A stretch of DNA of 64,000 nucleotides from NCBI GenBank assembly GCA_041484665.1, contig JBGPIA010000008.1, positions 64,001-128,000 on the forward strand, read 5' to 3'. A program made the position numbers and the translations under genes. Below the pieces are notes generated by a model. That model searched no databases. It was not told where the DNA came from and saw only the letters and a program-made list of their open reading frames with translations. Source of the stretch: Candidatus Krumholzibacteriia bacterium (GTDB taxonomy: Bacteria > Krumholzibacteriota > Krumholzibacteriia > JAJRXK01). Position 1 is the stretch's first letter. Each line of letters opens with the position of its first letter. Positions 47,064 through 56,877 of the stretch are shown piece by piece.

Positions 47064-47905
47064 AGCTGCACCTCTTCGCGCAGCACGAAGCCGTCGTCGC
47101 GATACTCGATGGTGCAGGCCTGCACGCGCGGATCGTGGTCGAAAGCGAGCACCCAGCCCTCGGCGTTGGCCTGGGCCAGGATCTGCTTCTTCTCCGTCAG
47201 CGTCAGCAGGGGATTGAGGTCGAAGGCCATCGTCCACGGCACGCGCAGCTGGCTGGCGAAGGGGATCAAATCGGCGCAGAAGAGCAGCGTTGCGTCGCGG
47301 TCCCCGATGCGCGCCAGCTGCTGGCCCGGCGTGTGCCCGTTGACCACCATCACCGTCAGGCCGGGCAGGATCTCCCGCGGCCCCTGCAGCAGCCGCAGTT
47401 GGCCCTCGTGCTCCAGCAGCGTCTCCCAATCCACGCTACGGAAGCTGCGCCGGTCGCGCTCGGTGGGCTGGCGCGCCCACTCCAGATTCTGCCCCTGCAC
47501 CCAATGCGTAGCCCGCGGAAACGTCGGGCGCGGCGCGCCGCCCTCGCGCGTCACCGCGCCGCCAGCGTGGTCGAAGTGCAGATGGGTGAGCACGACATCG
47601 GTCACGTCCTGCGGCGCCACGCCCTGGCGCTGCAGGTCCGCGAGCAGTCCGCCGCCATCGCGTCGGATGTCGTAGATCCGGCGCTCGCGCTCGCCCCAGC
47701 CGTCGCCCATGCCGCAGTCCACCAGCACCACGTGCCCCTCGCCGCGCACCAGCAGGCAGCGCAACGCGAGTTCGATGCGATTGTGCTCGTCGGCCGGGTG
47801 GATGCGTTCCCAGAGGATCTTGGGCACGACGCCGAACATGCTCCCGCCGTCGAGGCGGTAGCTGCCGTCGGTGACGACCGAGACGTCGTAGGGGCCGAAG
47901 CGCAC
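47060..47905 (-). CDS. MBL-fold metallo-hydrolase (YtnP-like)
   Basis: LDGGSMFGVVPK, THLHFDHAGG, GHTPG, ADLIP, HDP. Confidence 0.93.
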   Translation of the reverse strand: MRFGPYDVSVVTDGSYRLDGGSMFGVVPKILWERIHPADEHNRIELALRCLLVRGEGHVVLVDCGMGDGWGERERRIYDIRRDGGGLLADLQRQGVAPQDVTDVVLTHLHFDHAGGAVTREGGAPRPTFPRATHWVQGQNLEWARQPTERDRRSFRSVDWETLLEHEGQLRLLQGPREILPGLTVMVVNGHTPGQQLARIGDRDATLLFCADLIPFASQLRVPWTMAFDLNPLLTLTEKKQILAQANAEGWVLAFDHDPRVQACTIEYRDDGFVLREEVQL

Positions 47906-48001
47906 TGCGTGCCTCCGCCGCGTCAAGGGGCCGGGCGGCGAGCGCAGGCCTCTCCGCCGGATCCGGACCCGACGGAGATTAGCCCATGCGTTGCGGGGGT
48001 G

Positions 48002-48889
48002 CTAGGGCTCTCGTCCGGCCCGGCCTCGCGCAGCCATCTGCGCTCTCGCCCGCTCGGCGCGCCGGCGCGTGCGCCCGGCGAAGCGCCGCACCACCAGATC
48101 CAGCAGCCACGGCGTCCAGCGCGCTGCGACCTCCACCGCCTGGCCGCGCCACGATACGACCACGCGCCGGCTTCCGGGCCGCGCGGCGGCCACCACCGCG
48201 CGAGCGACCGCCTCGGCCGCGATCATAGGCGTAGCCGAGCTGGGCGCGATCTCGCCGTGCATCGCGGCTGCAAAGAACTCGGTGTCGGTGCCCGGTGGGC
48301 ACACGCTGCGAACGCTGATGCCCTCCCGCGACAGCTCGCCGCGCATCGACTGCGTGAGACCCTCGATGGCGTGCTTGCTGGCGCAGTAGACCGCCGAATC
48401 GGGGATCCCGACGAAGCCCACCACGCTCCCCACGTTGACGATGGCTGGGCGTCGCCCCCGCCGCAGCAGTGGCAGGGCCGCGCGCGAGCACCAGATCACG
48501 CCCAGCACGTTCACGGCGAGCACCCGCTCGATGTGCTCGGGGCGGCAGCTCTCCAGCCGGTCGTACAGCCCGACGCCAGCGTTGTTGACCAGCACGTCCA
48601 GTCCACCCCAGCAGCGATCGAGCGTCGCAAGGGCCGCCTCAACCGCAAAGCGGTCGGCGACGTCGCACGGCAGCACCACGCTGTGCGGACCGAGCTCCGC
48701 AGCGAGGGCGCGCAAGCGATCCGCGCGGCGCGCCAGCAGCGCTACGCGCGCGCCCCGCGAGGCGAACTGGCGAGCCGTCGCCCGCCCGATCCCGGCGGAG
48801 GCTCCCGTGACCAGGACGCGCAGCGAGCCGCCGGGCGTGGGAGAGCTCGCCGCGGAGCCGGCTGGCGAATTGCGGTCGGGCCGGTCCAT
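48002..48889 (-). CDS. Short-chain dehydrogenase/reductase
   Basis: TGASAGIG, VNNAG, YCASK; GGAGG RBS. Confidence 0.93.
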   Translation of the reverse strand: MDRPDRNSPAGSAASSPTPGGSLRVLVTGASAGIGRATARQFASRGARVALLARRADRLRALAAELGPHSVVLPCDVADRFAVEAALATLDRCWGGLDVLVNNAGVGLYDRLESCRPEHIERVLAVNVLGVIWCSRAALPLLRRGRRPAIVNVGSVVGFVGIPDSAVYCASKHAIEGLTQSMRGELSREGISVRSVCPPGTDTEFFAAAMHGEIAPSSATPMIAAEAVARAVVAAARPGSRRVVVSWRGQAVEVAARWTPWLLDLVVRRFAGRTRRRAERARAQMAARGRAGREP

Positions 48890-49049
48890 ACCGAACCTCC
48901 GGACTGCGCACGGCACTGAAGGGACTCGCGCGTGGGCGCCGGCAGCAGGCCGGGCTCGCCCGCCGCTGCATTCTCGCGGCCCACCCCCGCCGGGGCAAGC
49001 CTGGCGGCAGAGCACGCCGGCGATACGCACCCTGAGCGGTCGAGCGTTG

Positions 49050-49083
49050 GTTCGACCGTTGGGTCTGTTCGACCGTTGGGTCT
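49050..49083 (+). repeat. Perfect 17-bp tandem direct repeat abutting the -35 box
   Basis: gttcgaccgttgggtct at 49050-66 and 49067-83; degenerate copy ggtcgagcgttgg at 49038-50. Confidence 0.9.
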
Positions 49084-49111
49084 TGCCAAGCACGGGGCGC
49101 CGTCGTAGGCT
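49083..49111 (+). promoter_or_regulatory. sigma70-type promoter for riboswitch-btuB
   Basis: TTGCCA-N17-TAGGCT, just upstream of the riboswitch. Confidence 0.65.
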
Positions 49112-49132
49112 GCCGCTCGACTCCACCAAAGT

Positions 49133-49296
49133 CTAGGAGTCACGCCCGGCGGGACGAATCGGGAAGCTGGTGTGAGTCCAGCGCGGCCCCGCCACTGTCA
49201 CCGGCGACGACTGCTGCACGATGCCACTGGGGCGCAGGGCCCTGGGAAGGCGCAGCCGGTCGGCCTGAGCCGGGAGCCAGGAGACCGACCCCGGGC
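49133..49296 (+). promoter_or_regulatory. Cobalamin riboswitch
   Basis: AATCGGGAAGCTGGTGTGAGTCCAGCGCGGCCCCGCCACTGT, GCCACTGG...GGGAAGGC, and B12-box GAGCCAGGAGACCGACC; lies upstream of a TonB-dependent receptor. Confidence 0.95.
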
Positions 49297-49421
49297 GTTG
49301 CAACCGTACCTTCGCAGGGAGGGTCGGTGGTGCCGCCTCACGCGCCCCGCTGCCACATGCTCGTCCCGTTGGACCGGCCTCCGCGAAGGTGTCCGCCCAG
49401 GACCGCTCGAGGAGGACGGGA

Positions 49422-51710
49422 ATGCATCCCCGCACGCGCCGCACGCCCGCCGGCCTGGGGCTGATCTGCCTCCTGTCGGTGGCTGTGCAGCAGGCCGCGG
49501 CCGCCGACATGGGTCGGGGCTCACAGACGGCGACGGCGCTCCCCGACTCGGGCGCGATCTACCGCGTGCCCGAGATCGAAGTGCGCGCACGCCGGCTCGA
49601 TCGCCAGGAGCTCCTGGACAGCGCTCCCGCATTTGGCTCGGTGCTCAGTGCGTCGAGCTGGGCGGGCGGCGTGACCACTGCCGCCACGGCGCTCGCCGGA
49701 GCGGCGGGCGTCAACGTCCGCGAAAGCGGAGGCATCGGCAGCTACAGCACGGTCAGTCTGCGCGGGTCCAGCGCGGGTCAGGTGCCCATCTACCTGGATG
49801 GTGTTCCGCTGAACGCGCCACAGCGCGGCGAGGTCAATCTGGCCGATCTCCCGCTGGCGGGACTCGAGCGCATCGAGGTGTATCGCGGCGCGGCGCCGCT
49901 GATCCTGGGCGGCGCGTCTCTGGGCGGCGCGATCCACCTTTTCAGCGGCAGCACCGCTGTGCCGCCATGGCTCTGCGCGGCGCGGTCGAGCTTCGGCACC
50001 GCCGAGCTGCAGGGCGGCGCGGGCGCGCGCCTGCGCGGATGGACCGTCGCGCTGCGGGGGCGGCTGGTCCGCAGCCGCGGCGACTGGCGCTTCCCCACTG
50101 ACAACGGCACGCCCTACAACCAGGAGGACGACGGAATCGCCACGCGGGCCAACAACGACGTGGGCGGCGCGGGTGGGCTGCTGAGCGCGCGCCGGCCGCT
50201 GCGCGGCTGGACGTTGGTCGCAAGCGAACTGCTCGATGGCCGCGAGCAGGGTGTCCCGGGCTACGCGATCAGCCCGGCGCAACATGCGCGCAGCAGCAGT
50301 TTCACGCATCAGCTGCGCGTGGCGCTGGAGCGGCCCCGCTCCCTCGGCGGGGCGGCGCGCGGGCTGCGCAGCGTCGAGCTCTACCACCGTCTCGACCGCC
50401 AGGGCTTCTTTGACCACGCCGGCGAGCTGGGGCTGGGGCCGGCCGACCGCAAAGACTGCACGGCGAGCCTGGGCGCCGCGGCCATCGGTCGGCTCGCTGG
50501 GTGGCTGCAGCGCTGGCCGGCACTCCAACCCGCGTGGCGGCTCGAGACGCAGTGGTCGCGCTTGCGCAGCGAGGACGGCCTCGCGGCCGACCCGCGCGGA
50601 GCGCCGCAGACCCGTTGGACCCTTGCGGCTGCCGTGCAGCCCGCGCTGCACCTGCTCCACGATCGCCTGGAACTGGTGCCTGGCGCGCGTGTGGAGATGG
50701 ATGCCGATCGCTTCCACGGCGTGCCGTTCGGGACCAGCCTGCCCGGCGGGCCGGCCGACCGGCGCACGAGCTGGGCGCACACCTGGCAGCTGGGCGCGCG
50801 CTACGCGTTGGGGGGTGGGGTGGAGCTCAAGACCAACCTCGGCGCGTACGACCGGGTGCCGACCTTGCTGGAGCGCTTCGGTGCGCGCGGCACCGTGATC
50901 GGCAACCCTGGCCTGCAGCCCGAGCACGGCGTCAACCGCGACCTGGGGTTCGTGTGGAGCGGCGCCGGTCAGGCAGCGCCGTGGGCGCGCCAGCGTATCG
51001 CCGTGAGCGTGTTCCATAACGACGCGCGCGATCTGATCGCCTTCGTGCGCAACAGCCAGCGCACGGCGGTGCCGCTCAACATCGGTGCGGCCGAGATCCA
51101 GGGGCTGGAAGTCGAGGCGGAGCTCGGCGTGCCGGGCGTGGTCACCTGGCAGGCGAACTACACCCGCCTGCTGACGCGCGACCGCACGAACACGCGCTAT
51201 GCAGCAGGCAAGCAACTCCCGGGTCGGCCCGGCCACGAGGCCGCAGTGCGCATCGGGTTCGGCGCGGCGGGCCGCAGCGCTCCCGGCGCGCCACCCGTCT
51301 TCGGCTACACCATCGCGGCGCTCGCCGAGGACTACCTCGATCGCGCCAACCGCGACCGCGTGCCCAGCCGCGTGCTGCAGGGCGTGTTCGCCAACCTGGC
51401 GCTGCACTGGCCCGCGCGCGCGGCGTTGCTCAGCGCGCGCGTCGACAATTTGACCAACGAGCAGGTTTTCGACCTCGCCGGCTGGCCGCTGCCCGGACGT
51501 ACGCTGACGGTATCGCTGTCGGTGGGAGGACGCGGCTCGCCTGTGCCAAGCGCGACGATCGAGCAGGACAACCCCCCGAGCGCAGGAGGACGGGATGCGC
51601 AGCCAACTCCAGACGAAGTGCACGCTGAACAAAACGACCGGCAAGCCGCAGGACCTGATCCAGATGCCGCACGACAGGCATCCCAAGCCGCACGATACGA
51701 TGGGCGGTAG
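49422..51710 (+). CDS. btuB: TonB-dependent receptor, probable cobalamin transporter
   Basis: GGAGGA RBS; signal peptide; plug SLRGSSAGQVPIYLDGVPLN...ERIEVYRG; GNPGLQPE; RVDNLTN...PLPGRT; under a cobalamin riboswitch. Confidence 0.9.
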   Translation: MHPRTRRTPAGLGLICLLSVAVQQAAAADMGRGSQTATALPDSGAIYRVPEIEVRARRLDRQELLDSAPAFGSVLSASSWAGGVTTAATALAGAAGVNVRESGGIGSYSTVSLRGSSAGQVPIYLDGVPLNAPQRGEVNLADLPLAGLERIEVYRGAAPLILGGASLGGAIHLFSGSTAVPPWLCAARSSFGTAELQGGAGARLRGWTVALRGRLVRSRGDWRFPTDNGTPYNQEDDGIATRANNDVGGAGGLLSARRPLRGWTLVASELLDGREQGVPGYAISPAQHARSSSFTHQLRVALERPRSLGGAARGLRSVELYHRLDRQGFFDHAGELGLGPADRKDCTASLGAAAIGRLAGWLQRWPALQPAWRLETQWSRLRSEDGLAADPRGAPQTRWTLAAAVQPALHLLHDRLELVPGARVEMDADRFHGVPFGTSLPGGPADRRTSWAHTWQLGARYALGGGVELKTNLGAYDRVPTLLERFGARGTVIGNPGLQPEHGVNRDLGFVWSGAGQAAPWARQRIAVSVFHNDARDLIAFVRNSQRTAVPLNIGAAEIQGLEVEAELGVPGVVTWQANYTRLLTRDRTNTRYAAGKQLPGRPGHEAAVRIGFGAAGRSAPGAPPVFGYTIAALAEDYLDRANRDRVPSRVLQGVFANLALHWPARAALLSARVDNLTNEQVFDLAGWPLPGRTLTVSLSVGGRGSPVPSATIEQDNPPSAGGRDAQPTPDEVHAEQNDRQAAGPDPDAARQASQAARYDGR

Positions 51711-53259
51711 AGGGGGGGATCGTGCGTGGGGTGGGCCACCGACCGCCGCACGATCGTTCGCAGGGCCATTCGCGCGGGCGGGCGCGCTCGCGGGCACGAT
51801 CGCCGCGGCCTGCGCCGCGGGCATCGCCGCGCCGGGCCCGGCGAGCGCCGACGACCTGTTCGTCACGACCACGACCTACGAGATCACCGGCTCGTGCAGC
51901 GTGATGGCGATGGAGCCACCGTTCAGCGTGCAGCTCGATCTCTACACGATCCACAGCGATGCCGTCGCGCGTCGCTTCGGCAACTACGTTTTCGTCGTGA
52001 ACCGCCAGCCGGCGAACAACATCCTGGTCCTGGACGCCGCCAATTCGTATGGGCTGGTCAAGCAGTACAGCACCGGCGCCGGGTCCGACCCCACCGACAT
52101 CGAGGTGGTCGCGGCGGACAAGGCGTACATTCCACTCTACAACACGACGCTGCTGAGCATCGTCGAGCCGCTCACAGGAGCTGTGCTGGGGAGTATCGAC
52201 CTCTCGCGCTTCGCCGACGCCGACGGGCTGCCGGAGATCGATCAGGTCGCCGTGGTCGGCGGTCGTGCCTTCGTGTCGTTCCAGCGCCTCGACCGCCCCG
52301 GGGGCTGGCTACCCGCGGGCGGTTCGGGCCTCGCCGTCATCGACGTGGCCAGCGACGCGTTGATCGACGCCGATCCCGCCACATCCGAGCTCGACCCGAT
52401 CCGTCTCCAGCTGCAGAACCCGTTCTGGTACCTGACCTACGATCGCTCGCTCCACCGGCTGATCGCCGTCTGTCCGGGCTCGTTCCTGGCGCTCGATGGC
52501 GGCATCGAGGCGATCGACCCATTCACGCTGCGCAGCGACCGCGTGCTCATCACCGAGCAGGCCCTCGGCGGCGAGCTCGATGGCGCGGCGATCGTCTCCC
52601 CCACGCTCGGCTACGCCATCATCAGCGATTCCTCGTTCAACACCTGCCTGGTGCGCTTCGACCCGTCCACCGGGACGCGGCTGGATACGGTGATGTGCTC
52701 CAGCGGCTTCTGGCTCTCCGATCTGGAGGTTTCGGACGCCGGCCGCGTGTACGTCGGTGACCGCACGCCGTCGGCACCGGGCATCCGGATCTTCCAGGCA
52801 CTCACGGCGCAGCCGCTCGTGCAGAGCCCTGTCGACGTCGGGCTGCCACCCTTCGACATGGTGCTCCTGGAGAGCGTCCCGACGGCCACGTCCGCCTTGG
52901 AGCTTGCCCCGGCGCGCCTGCGCCTGGCGGCGCATCCCAATCCCTTCAACCCGTCGGTGACCATCGAGCTGCGCGCGGAGGCGGGCGCGGCGCGTGCGCC
53001 CGGCGCTGCACGCGCGACCGGCGCGGCTTTGCCGCCGCTGCGGATCGTCGACGCGCGCGGACGGCTCGTGGCGACGCTCGCTCCGTCGGGCGCACCTGTC
53101 GGGGACAACGGCGGTCCGGCTGCCGGCGAGGACGTCGTCGCGCTCGTCTATCACTGGAACGGCACCAACGGTGACGGGATCCCCGTGGCCAGCGGCTGCT
53201 ACCGCGCCATCCTCGAGGACGGCTCGACGCCGGCGATCCCGCTGCTCCTGTTGCGCTGA
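51595..53259 (+). CDS. Exported beta-propeller (YncE/BtuG-like) protein with C-terminal FlgD-Ig-like domain
   Basis: Blade-like repeats (VFVVNR, KAYIPLY, RAFVSFQR, LGYAII, RVYVGDR); C-terminal AHPNPFNPS...DARGRLVATL...WNGTNGDGIPVASGCY...LLLLR. Start is 51595 or 51700. Confidence 0.8.
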   Translation: MRSQLQTKCTLNKTTGKPQDLIQMPHDRHPKPHDTMGGRGGDRAWGGPPTAARSFAGPFARAGALAGTIAAACAAGIAAPGPASADDLFVTTTTYEITGSCSVMAMEPPFSVQLDLYTIHSDAVARRFGNYVFVVNRQPANNILVLDAANSYGLVKQYSTGAGSDPTDIEVVAADKAYIPLYNTTLLSIVEPLTGAVLGSIDLSRFADADGLPEIDQVAVVGGRAFVSFQRLDRPGGWLPAGGSGLAVIDVASDALIDADPATSELDPIRLQLQNPFWYLTYDRSLHRLIAVCPGSFLALDGGIEAIDPFTLRSDRVLITEQALGGELDGAAIVSPTLGYAIISDSSFNTCLVRFDPSTGTRLDTVMCSSGFWLSDLEVSDAGRVYVGDRTPSAPGIRIFQALTAQPLVQSPVDVGLPPFDMVLLESVPTATSALELAPARLRLAAHPNPFNPSVTIELRAEAGAARAPGAARATGAALPPLRIVDARGRLVATLAPSGAPVGDNGGPAAGEDVVALVYHWNGTNGDGIPVASGCYRAILEDGSTPAIPLLLLR

Positions 53260-53359
53260 CTAGGGAGCGCCCGTGCGGCCTGGCACCGCGGGTTGCGCGC
53301 ATACCAGGCCGCACAGTCACTCGATCAGCGGTGACGCGAGCCGACGAGCTCGCCCTGCG

Positions 53360-54199
53360 CTAGAAGAGCGCTGACGAGAACGGCCGCCGGTACTGCTGCG
53401 TGACGGGGTGGCCCTCGCCGAACAGCTCGAACAGCGCCACGCACGCCCTGCGCGCGCCGTCGTCGTCGACCTTGCGGTCGCGACGGATCGACGCGATCCA
53501 GGCCTCGATGGCCGCGCCGAAGTGGCCCGCAGCGAAGGCCTGCGCGCCCTCGACATAGCTCGTCCAGGCCTGGGGCGAGCCGGCCCCCGCGGCGGGGCCG
53601 GCCCCTGCGCCCGGCGCCATTGGCTGCGCCAGCTCGATGACGCGCGCGAGGTTGCGCAGCGCCTGCGCCCGGTCGTGCAGCGGGTGCTCCTGCGGCACCG
53701 ACTCCGTCAGCCGCACGCCCTCCGCCGGTTCTTTGGGGAAGAGCAGCTCGGCCAGCTCGACGGCCGCCTCGACATCGTCCGCGTTCTGCGCGAGAGCCTC
53801 GCGGAGCAGCGTCTGCGCGCGATTCAGATCGCCGCCCGCGCGCGCCTCGCGCGCCTCCCGCAGCAGGGGCGGTGGCGACGCCGGGAGATTCTCCTGCAGC
53901 CAGCGCTCGACCTCGCGCTCCGGAAGGGCCCCTAAGAACTCCGCGACGACCTGCCCATCGCGGAACAGCTTCACCGCCGGGATACTCTGGACCTCGAACT
54001 GGATCGCCAGCGCTGGATGCTCCTCGATGTCGACCTTGGCCAGCGTCCAGCGGCCCTGCGACTCCGACGCGAGGCGTTCGAGCACCGGGCCCAGCACGCG
54101 GCACGGCGCGCACCATTGCGCCCAGAAGTCCACGAGCACCGGCCGCTCGAAGCTGGCCTCGAGCACGTCGGTGGTGAACTCGCGTACGGCCACAACCAT
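53360..54199 (-). CDS. cnoX: Thioredoxin-TPR chaperedoxin (CnoX/YbbN family) with intact CxxC
   Basis: VLVDFWAQWCAPC, VQSIPAV, GALPE, TPR helices, C-terminal YRRPFSSALF. Confidence 0.9.
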   Translation of the reverse strand: MVVAVREFTTDVLEASFERPVLVDFWAQWCAPCRVLGPVLERLASESQGRWTLAKVDIEEHPALAIQFEVQSIPAVKLFRDGQVVAEFLGALPEREVERWLQENLPASPPPLLREAREARAGGDLNRAQTLLREALAQNADDVEAAVELAELLFPKEPAEGVRLTESVPQEHPLHDRAQALRNLARVIELAQPMAPGAGAGPAAGAGSPQAWTSYVEGAQAFAAGHFGAAIEAWIASIRRDRKVDDDGARRACVALFELFGEGHPVTQQYRRPFSSALF

Positions 54200-54233
54200 G
54201 GGTCCTTCTCCCGCGGCGCAGCGGTGGCGTTGC

Positions 54234-55394
54234 TCAGGCCAGGAACATCGGCTCACCTTCGACGCGGTCCAGCTTCACCCGGTAGCGCTCCCCGTCGTAG
54301 AACGACTCGACGTCCACGTGCCGGGGGCCCGCGGTCACGCGCTGCAGCGGGACGGCCGCATAGCAGCCATCCACGATCGCCGTCATGACTCCGTGGCGGC
54401 CGGCCCGCAGCAGCTCGAAGGCGAAGTTGCCGTAGTTGATGGCCACGATGCGGTCGAGCGAGTCGGGGCTGCCGGCGCGCATCAGATAGGCCAGCCGCTG
54501 CACCATGGTTTCGCGCCCGCTGCGCTTGCGGATCTCCTCGCTGAGCCACTCGCCGACGCCGCCGAGCTTGCGGTGGCCGTACGCGTCGGGCTCGCCCGAC
54601 TCCATCACCACACCGCCCACCGGATGCGCCCCTTCACTGATGACGATCACGCAGTAGCGGCTGGGGTTGGCGTCCTGGTCCTCGCGGGCGAAGCGGACGA
54701 CCTTCTCGACGTCGAAGGGGACCTCGCTGATGAGCACGCGGTCGGCCCCGGAGAGATAGCCCGTCAGCAGCGCGCTCTCGCCGCTGGTGCGCCCGAACAG
54801 CTCGATGATGGCGATGCGCTCGTGGCTGCCGGCGGGGGTGCGCAGGTCCGTGATGAAATCCACGCTGCGGGTGACCGCCGTGCTGAAGCCGATGCAGTAG
54901 TGGGTCCCCGTGACGTCGTTGTCCATCGTCTTGGGGATGCCGACCGTTGGGAAGCCTTCCAGATCCAGGCGCGCGGCGTAGCTGAGGGTGTCGTCGCCGC
55001 CGATGACGACCAGGGCGTCGAAGCGCAGCCGCTCGAGCGTACGCAGCACGCGCGCGGTGAGGTCGTAGCGCCCCTTGGCGTCGCGGTGGGCAGGATCCAA
55101 CACGTAGCCAGCGGGCAGCACCTTCTCCTTCATCTTGCTCGGATTGGTGCGCGCGCTATGCAGCATCGTCCCGCCGAAGCGGTCGATGGTGCGCACCACG
55201 TTGGGGGTCAGCTTGACCAGGGCCTGCTCGTCAGCCGCGCCGTTGTCGGGGTCGAGGTCGACCACCCCCTGCCAGCCCTTGCGGATGCCCAGGATCTCCA
55301 CGTGCTCGTCGGCGCAGCGCATGGCCACGGTCTTGATGCACGCGTTGAGCCCCGGGACGTCTCCCCCGCCGGTCAGGATGCCGATCCGCTTCAT
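54234..55394 (-). CDS. pfkA: 6-phosphofructokinase (PfkA family), PPi-dependent signature
   Basis: ILTGGGDVPGLN, GGTMLHSAR, GGDDT, PKTMDND, ELFGR, DAYGH. Confidence 0.93.
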   Translation of the reverse strand: MKRIGILTGGGDVPGLNACIKTVAMRCADEHVEILGIRKGWQGVVDLDPDNGAADEQALVKLTPNVVRTIDRFGGTMLHSARTNPSKMKEKVLPAGYVLDPAHRDAKGRYDLTARVLRTLERLRFDALVVIGGDDTLSYAARLDLEGFPTVGIPKTMDNDVTGTHYCIGFSTAVTRSVDFITDLRTPAGSHERIAIIELFGRTSGESALLTGYLSGADRVLISEVPFDVEKVVRFAREDQDANPSRYCVIVISEGAHPVGGVVMESGEPDAYGHRKLGGVGEWLSEEIRKRSGRETMVQRLAYLMRAGSPDSLDRIVAINYGNFAFELLRAGRHGVMTAIVDGCYAAVPLQRVTAGPRHVDVESFYDGERYRVKLDRVEGEPMFLA

Positions 55395-55480
55395 GCCCCC
55401 CTCCGCTCTCGGTCTGCGCCAAAGGCGTGCCTGATGGAGCCCTGAGACCCGCGCGGGCGCCCCCGAGCTGCGCGTCCGCG

Positions 55481-56734
55481 CTACTGCACCCGCAGCACCA
55501 TGCACTTGAGGTAGTACGTCTCGGGCACGGTGAGGCGGATCGGGTGGTCCGCCGCCTGGGTGCGCTTCTCCAACAGTGTGACATCGCGGCCCGCGTCGCC
55601 AGCCGCCTCCCCCAGCACCTGGAGGAAGGCGCCCTCGTGGACGTGGTAGCTGCACGTACTGGTCACCAGCACTCCGCCTGGCCGCAGGATCCGGAAGGCG
55701 CGCAGGTTGATCTCCTTGTAGCCGCGCAGCGCCGCCTCCAGCGAGGCGCGGTTCTTGGCAAAGGCAGGCGGGTCCAGCACGATCGTGTCGAAGCGGCGCT
55801 GCTCGTCGTCGAGCAGGCGCAGCGCGTCGAATGCGTTGCCCTCGGTCCAGGTAACGTCCACGCCGTTGAGCTGGGCGTTGGTCCGCGCCCGCTCCAGCGC
55901 CGGCGCCGATGATTCGATGGCCAGCACGGAGGTCACGTCGTTCGCCAGCGCCATCCGCACGGCGAACGCCCCCTCGCCGCAGAAGGCGTCCAGCACATCG
56001 CCGCGTGCCAGCTTCGCCGCCGCCTCGCGATTCTCCTGCTGGTCGAGGAAGGCGCCGGTCTTCTGACCTCGCAGCGGCGACACGCGCAGGCGCGCCGGGC
56101 CCTGGTGAACCTCCACCTCGCCGGGGTCCTCCCCTGCCAGGATTCCGCTCACGCGCGGCAGCCCTTCCAGCTCGCGCACGCGGGCGTCGTTGCGCTCGAC
56201 GATGGCGCGCGGCCGAAGGCGCTGCTGCACCAGCTCGCACCATAGCGGCTTGAGACGGTCCATCGCCTGCGAGAGCGTCTGCAGCACGACCACGTCGGCG
56301 TAGCGGTCGATCACCAGCGACGGCAAGCCGTCCCCCTCGCCGTTGACCAGGCGCAGCGCGTCGCGCCCCGGCATGACCCGCTCGCGGTGCGCCAACGCCT
56401 CGTCCAGCCGCCGCGCCCAGAACGCGGCGTCGACGGGGGCGTCGCCGATGGAGACGACACGCAGTGCGATCTCGGAGCGGTCGCTGTAGAGCGCCCGCGC
56501 CCGCAACCTGCCTCGCGCGTCGAGCAGGTCGACCACGTCGCCCGGCCGCGCGCGGGAGGAGTCGGCAATATCGCTGCGGTAGATCCAGGCGTGGCGGGCT
56601 CGCAGGCGATCCAGACCTCGCGGGCGCAGGGCGACGGCCGCAGTTGCAGCGGGCGTGGCGGAGGGCGCCGCGCCGTGGCTCGCGGTGGGGGTTGTCGCCG
56701 AGGTCGCGGAAGGGAGGCTACCGGTCGGGTCCAT
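55481..56734 (-). CDS. rlmI: RlmI-like class I SAM-dependent rRNA methyltransferase (PUA domain)
   Basis: HAWIYRSD, GEGDGLPSLVIDRY, GQKTGAFLDQ, LDPPAF, STCS, PETYYLK. Confidence 0.92.
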   Translation of the reverse strand: MDPTGSLPSATSATTPTASHGAAPSATPAATAAVALRPRGLDRLRARHAWIYRSDIADSSRARPGDVVDLLDARGRLRARALYSDRSEIALRVVSIGDAPVDAAFWARRLDEALAHRERVMPGRDALRLVNGEGDGLPSLVIDRYADVVVLQTLSQAMDRLKPLWCELVQQRLRPRAIVERNDARVRELEGLPRVSGILAGEDPGEVEVHQGPARLRVSPLRGQKTGAFLDQQENREAAAKLARGDVLDAFCGEGAFAVRMALANDVTSVLAIESSAPALERARTNAQLNGVDVTWTEGNAFDALRLLDDEQRRFDTIVLDPPAFAKNRASLEAALRGYKEINLRAFRILRPGGVLVTSTCSYHVHEGAFLQVLGEAAGDAGRDVTLLEKRTQAADHPIRLTVPETYYLKCMVLRVQ

Positions 56735-56877
56735 AGGGGGCTCCTTCGCCAGAAGTACCAATCTACGGCGGTGCACCTCCGAAGGCGACCGCGGATGCGG
56801 CTGCAGCGTCCGGCCGACCTCCCTGACGGTACTCCGGCGCGCTGGGGCGAGAGTTCTGGTAAGCTAGCTGGACAGTC

